Shown piece by piece: positions 58,760-64,000 of a stretch of DNA of 64,000 bases. The notes under the pieces are model-generated. The model was not told where the DNA came from. It worked only from the letters and a program-made list of their open reading frames with translations, and searched no databases. The DNA lies in assembly GCF_006345805.1 (NCBI RefSeq), contig NC_043005.1:5704001-5768000 (forward strand). Direction: 5' to 3'. Within the stretch, counting starts at the first letter, position 1; every line of letters begins with the position of its first letter. This DNA is from Octopus sinensis (taxonomy: Eukaryota). The position numbers were made by a program, and so were the translations under genes.

Positions 58760-58985
58760 AGTTTCATCAAAGTGGCAGATCTTATTAAGAACTGCATATT
58801 GTCAGCCTTTCCAGTCCTTTGTCATTTCCTCCATGATGTTCAATGTCTCGAGATCAGCCTTCATCACTTCATCCCATGTTTTCCTGAGTCTCCCTTTTCT
58901 GCAAGCTCCATCCACATTAAGTGGACAACACTTTAAACAGTTCTCCTCATCCATGTGCATCACATGTCCATACCAATTGTAAGAG
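58760..58985 (-). mobile_element. Old RTE RT C-terminal fragment
   Basis: WYGHVMHMDEENCLKCC...GACRKGRLRKTWDEVMKADL. Confidence 0.8.
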
Positions 58986-59501
58986 GTTTTCAAAGCAGTG
59001 TTTTGTTCACTGATAGCATGATGGCTAGTTATGCAGTTGTATGCACACACACCCCACACATTTTATGAATAGCATACAAAGGTAAAACTGTGTGCAACAC
59101 AAAGTTTGCAAGACAAAATTGTTTGTTTTGTTTTTTCATTTTAATTGAAGACAGTTATTTGCATGGATGTGCTCATACTTCAAAGAAAGGACAAAATTTT
59201 CATACACCTATTAGAAAAAAATTAGAAGAAATAATGATGGCAATGTATTAAGGTGATATGTATTCCAAATTATGAGCAGTGCCATCTACATAGGAAACTT
59301 GGTAGTGAATTGATTCATGAATAAAGATAAGAGAAAGATAACCAAGATTCACAAAACACCTGCATTGATAAAGATGAAGTGAGAAAGAGCTTTGTGTAAA
59401 CACTGTGGATATGATAGAATGACCTGTTAGCAAGGATCTGATTTTAGGCAATGACTGAGTGTTAAAAAGCTTGTTAGATCTTCAGCACATATGGTCTAAC
59501 G

Positions 59502-59870
59502 CAGGGCTGGCCAACTTGAGGCCCACAGGCTGCATGCAGCCCACTTGATACTTTCTTGAAATGGGTTTATTTAAGCAAACATTTTAAAACTTTTATCAAA
59601 AATTAAAGATTGTAATGAAAAGTAAAAAACAAAGATACTACTGTTTTTGCAATGATAATATTTCATGTTGAATCAATGATCATTCATTCATTATTGTAAT
59701 AATAGCATGAGAAAGCAAAATGCTTTCAATATTAAACATACGAAAAGTATGATAAACTCTAGATTCTGTAATTTGATTATTTGACTATTAGCACATAAAG
59801 TATACAAGCAGCCCTCAAAAAGCTTTGTGATTAAAGTAACTTGCAATGTAATTCGAGTTGGCCAGGCCTG
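59502..59870. mobile_element. hAT (Charlie-like) MITE, 369 bp
   Basis: TIR cagggctggccaact / agttggccaggcctg (14/15); 8-bp TSD gtctaacg / gtctaaag (7/8). Confidence 0.85.
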
Positions 59871-61028
59871 GTCTAAAGCTTTATTGATAACATGGGCAAC
59901 TGCATTGCTTTTACCAGTGTTCTCAAGAACTAGAGCATTGATGTGTGACATAGGATAAGATCTTCACTGGAACTGGCTCTACAGATATTCTACCAAAAGG
60001 CTGTCGGAGAGATAAAAATCCAGTGATAATAACAATAGTTAACAACTGATTCCATATTAGACATGGTGAAAGAAAGAACTACAGACCAATCATTCAGAAG
60101 ACCAGAGAGCTTTTCTTTCTTTTGTATGGAACCTGATGTTGTGTACTTCCATAGCACAAGGTATAAGCATGTAGAGAGAGAGAAAGGTTATTAAACCATT
60201 TGTTACCATATTTATGTTGAAATACACTGGTTTTGTTTCAATTAATTTTGAAAATAATGAAAAATTTAATGAAATAACTTTAAGCTGGTATTTGAAACGA
60301 ATTAAGATGAAATTTTGATGGAAGGTTTTAATTTAGATAACTTTGAATTAGGAAGTTTATGTTAACTCTATTTCTTTTAGTATCTCTCCCTTATTCTGTA
60401 CCATGTAAAGCTTGACTGGAGAAACCAATCAACTAACATTTATATTGGCTATTAAATAGATTGTGTGTGTGTGTGTGTGTGTAGACAATATAGATTAAAT
60501 TGGAAAAGAAAAGGCAATCAGTTTGGCAAGACTTGACAAGGACATTTAATTTAGCTATGTAATAAAAGGTTAGGTTAAGTCTCTGACAGTTGTTTCTCAA
60601 ATATCCCAGCTATTGTAACATTGTGTTGAGTGAGGATTTTATAGGTTGACTATTGCTGTCTACGTTAAAGATATGTAACAGTGGAAGAAAAGAAAATTCC
60701 TCATTAATGATCCTTGTTGTGGTTCATTATGTCTAGAAAGGGAGGAGACATCCAATTATATTCAATTAAAATGGGTATTCATTGAATAAATCCATGAATA
60801 GAGAGGATAATTTGATAGTAGTTTATAGCAATAGCAGTTCCAAAGTTGAACAAATACACACACATCGACCATATAAATATTGCAAATATTCACTCTAAAG
60901 ATAAGGCTGATAGTTGTAAAAATTACAATGTTAATAACTTATAAGTTACTATTGATTATATAAAGATTGCATGTGTATATGTGTAGACAGGTGTATATAT
61001 TAATTGTGTATAAACTCTTTTATTTCAG

Positions 61029-61238
61029 TGGTCCATGCTGATCTTGTCAATTATTCTTGCAGTTTTGCTGTGTAGTTTAAGCCTGACTGAATTGGGAGGC
61101 CAGTATATGTACGGTCTATGGGTCGTTCTTTTATACCTCACATTTCCTGGTACCTTTGCTCTATTACCAGCAGCAACACATCGCTATTTTGGAAAGAGAT
61201 ATTATTTAATCATTTATGGAATGCTGTTCTCTACACAC
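61029..61238 (+). CDS. OFA-like MFS transporter, coding exon 9
   Basis: tttcAG|tgg...cac|GTAAGT, 210 nt; WSMLILSIILAVLLCSLSLTELGGQYMYGLWVVLLYLTFPGTFALLPAATHRYFGKRYYLIIYGMLFSTH. Confidence 0.95.
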
Positions 61239-62829
61239 GTAAGTAATTCTTTCATTTCTTTGATGTAGTTCATGTTTACAAAGTTTCTGTCATTTCACCT
61301 TGTGGCTTGTAGTTTAATTTACATGCTGTCTTCCTGGAAATGAACATTGCTTGAATATGGTGACAAGTTTACAACTATCCCATGATGTCAAGACAAGGAT
61401 ACATACAAACATATATTCATGCATATGCATATATATACAACAGGCTTCTTTCAACTTTTATTTGCCAAATCCCCCTCACAAGACTTTGGTCGGCCAGGGA
61501 CTAGAGTAGCAGACACATGTCCAAAGTGTCATGCAAATAGTTGAGGAGCAAGAATTTCAAACAAACAGCCATGCCTGCACCCTAGCATAGGACAAAGTGC
61601 CTTATGATATTTATTCCAAACAACATGGCTTGAGAGAGTTCTTTAGTCTTGCTGACACCCAAACAACATCTGTAGTGCAATGAAAAATATACCCAGTACA
61701 CTTTGCAAGTGGTTGGTGTTAGGAAATGCATCCAATTGTAGAAACCATACCAAAACTGAGATATTGGAGCAAGACATGGTTCTCTGGCCTGTTGGATTCT
61801 ATCAAATCACCCAGCTTATACCAGCATAGAAAAATAGATGTAAAAATGATGGCGATTGTACACAGGTGTGTGTGTGTGTGCTTCCTTGCTTAAAACATTT
61901 TCTTCTTAGTCGTGTCATCTCAAATTGATGCAAATCTTGTAAGCAGAACTGGATAGAATTGAAACTGTGGTGCTGTGATGAATGCTTTCTACATGGTCTT
62001 GAGTATTAGCCTTAAACCTTTGTTTTATTTAATACTACCGCCTGGCCCTTGATACTTTTCACATGATCATGTGACCAACCAGACTATTACATGTTGCTAC
62101 ACATTGCTGGTCAAAATGCACTTTGCATCATTTGAAAGATACCACCCCACTGGCTAGGCATGCAGGCCAACATTCACCACTAATTGAAAGGGGAACTGGA
62201 GCAATATGAAATGAGGTGTTTTGCTCAAGAACATAATGTGCTGCCTGATTTTGGCAGTATGTTGGGAATTGAACCTACAATCTAGCAATCATGACTACAA
62301 CACCTTAACCACTAGGCCATGTACCTTTGCTGATGCTTTTAGTGAAGTCAAATCACACACACACACACACACACACACCTACTGCAGTATCACTTGGTTC
62401 TTTTTCTTTGTCTTGTAAGTTACTCAGCAACCATGAGTGCTGGTGACATGAGAAAAGTACCCAGTACACACTGTAAAGCATTAGGAAAGCCACCCAGCCA
62501 TAGAAACCATGCCTAGGTAGATACAGGAGCTCAATGTAATTTCACTGGTTTGGATTTTGTTAAACCATCTAATCCATACCAGTATGGAAGATGGATGTTA
62601 CATGATGTTGATGAAGAACTCCATTATAAGTATCCTAACAGGTTTCTTGTCTGAAGATAACCTATAACTTTACTTTTTTCTTTTCTCCCCCAACCTCCTA
62701 GTCTTGGAGGACTCTGCAAAATTTTAATATATCCTTTTTAACTTCTATGCCATTAAAATGTATAAAATAATTAAAAATGAATAATAATCTGGATGAGGTT
62801 TATGATGATTCTCTTGCTTCTTTCTACAG

Positions 62830-62929
62830 GTAGTTAGTGGTTCGGTTGGATGTTTACTTGCAATCAAACTGAAACCAATTCTTGAATGGCATGGAATGTT
62901 CCTTCTCTCTGGTGGTATGGCAGCTGTTT
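62830..62929 (+). CDS. OFA-like MFS transporter, coding exon 10 (gene continues beyond the window)
   Basis: ctacAG|gta...t|GTAAGT, 100 nt; VVSGSVGCLLAIKLKPILEWHGMFLLSGGMAAV+t; no stop reached. Confidence 0.9.
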
Positions 62930-64000
62930 GTAAGTTTATCTATTCTCTATTGATTCTTTTAAACCTTACACACAAAGAAAGCTTTACAATCATTGCCATT
63001 TTAATTTCTTTTTCCCATGCCATCATGAAATTGAATGAGTCCACTGATTGAAATGTCACCATATGATATTGTATCATCTCATCTGTGAACACCTATCTTT
63101 GAAACCCAGTCTTTGGATATGAACAATGCACATATCCTTATAACACTGATTTTTGTTTTCTTCATCTTGGCATGTATGGATTGTTTCTATACACAACACT
63201 TTTCTATGTGTCTCAATATTTTATATAATCTCATTCAAAGATGTGCAAATCATATCATTATGAAAAAATACATACACATTATCATTATTGTGTTAATGTC
63301 CACTTTTCCATGCTTGTATGAGTCAAATGATGTTTATTGAGTTAACCCTCACATTTTCTATGAGAGATAACAATTCCCCATGGCCAGACATGTTTACACA
63401 GATATTAGAAATGAATGACAGGGATACTCATTTACAACAATTGTGTAGCATCAAGAGAAGTAAACTCACACACATTCTCATAAATGATTAGCTTTTTCAG
63501 TTTCTGTTTATGAAATGCACTCAAAATGCTTTGGTCAAGCTGGGACTATAGTAGATGACACTTGCCTAAGGTGCTGTGCAGTGAGACTGAACCCCAAACC
63601 ATGTGGTTGGGAAGCAAACTTCTTAGCCATTGTATTTTTTCTCTTTACTTGGTTCAGTCTGTTCAGCTGACGTCAGTTTCACTCTAATATCATGTTGACA
63701 ATTTGGAGAGATCCTATCGGTTTCCTCCAAATGAAGATTCCAAATGTCCAATGGAACTATGCTCCATATGTTATAGTGTAAAGTGGCTGAGTATTCCACA
63801 GACACTTGTAAACTTATTGCAGTCTTTCAGTGTACTCACTGCAAAGAGAGAGGATGGAACACTTTAGTAGTGTAACATAGGTTTTGACTGCTCTATGTGG
63901 TTTTTACACCCTATGCTATGCCACTCCAATAGTCCAGTCGTATAGCATGGGTTTTGTCTATTCTGTGCAGGAACCAACTTAACACCTACTTGCTTAAATG

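Noticed and set aside
63490-63550. ttttcAG as acceptor of the last MFS exon (FLFMKCTQNALVKLGL*)
   Set aside because: It lies inside an antisense SINE and does not complete a convincing TM12.
63960-63975. tgtgcAG as last-exon acceptor
   Set aside because: Phase 1 would create an immediate TGA and leave TM12 truncated.

Overview
Eukaryotic, AT-rich, repeat-dense genomic DNA. The repeat families (GAT-tailed RTE LINEs, tRNA-type SINEs, TTAA MITEs) look octopod, probably Octopus; this is recognition from memory, not a search result. The backbone is one + strand gene for a major facilitator superfamily transporter of the oxalate:formate antiporter (OFA)-like type. I assembled ten coding exons by hand (5886-62929, all GT-AG, phase-consistent, 1369 nt = 456 codons + 1 nt); the last exon lies beyond the window. 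About 98% of the gene span is intron, filled with nested transposable elements: at least nine RTE LINE copies or fragments, several CR1/L2-group LINEs, Penelope-like fragments, a Tigger/pogo and a mariner relic, two non-autonomous piggyBacs with exact TTAA duplications, a Helitron carrying an open Pif1 helicase frame, hAT and TTAA MITEs, SINEs and microsatellites. There are no rRNA genes, true tRNA genes or CRISPR arrays. The most interesting signals are mobile-element biology: hammerhead-like motifs, a 3' stem-loop shared by a LINE and a SINE with a compensatory change, RTE insertions into (TA)n, a higher-order repeat grown from a LINE 3' UTR, a spacer-less tail-to-tail LINE hairpin, a 5'-inverted LINE, and a CpG-rich CR1 that looks foreign. 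I found no clear evidence of a wholly new gene system.
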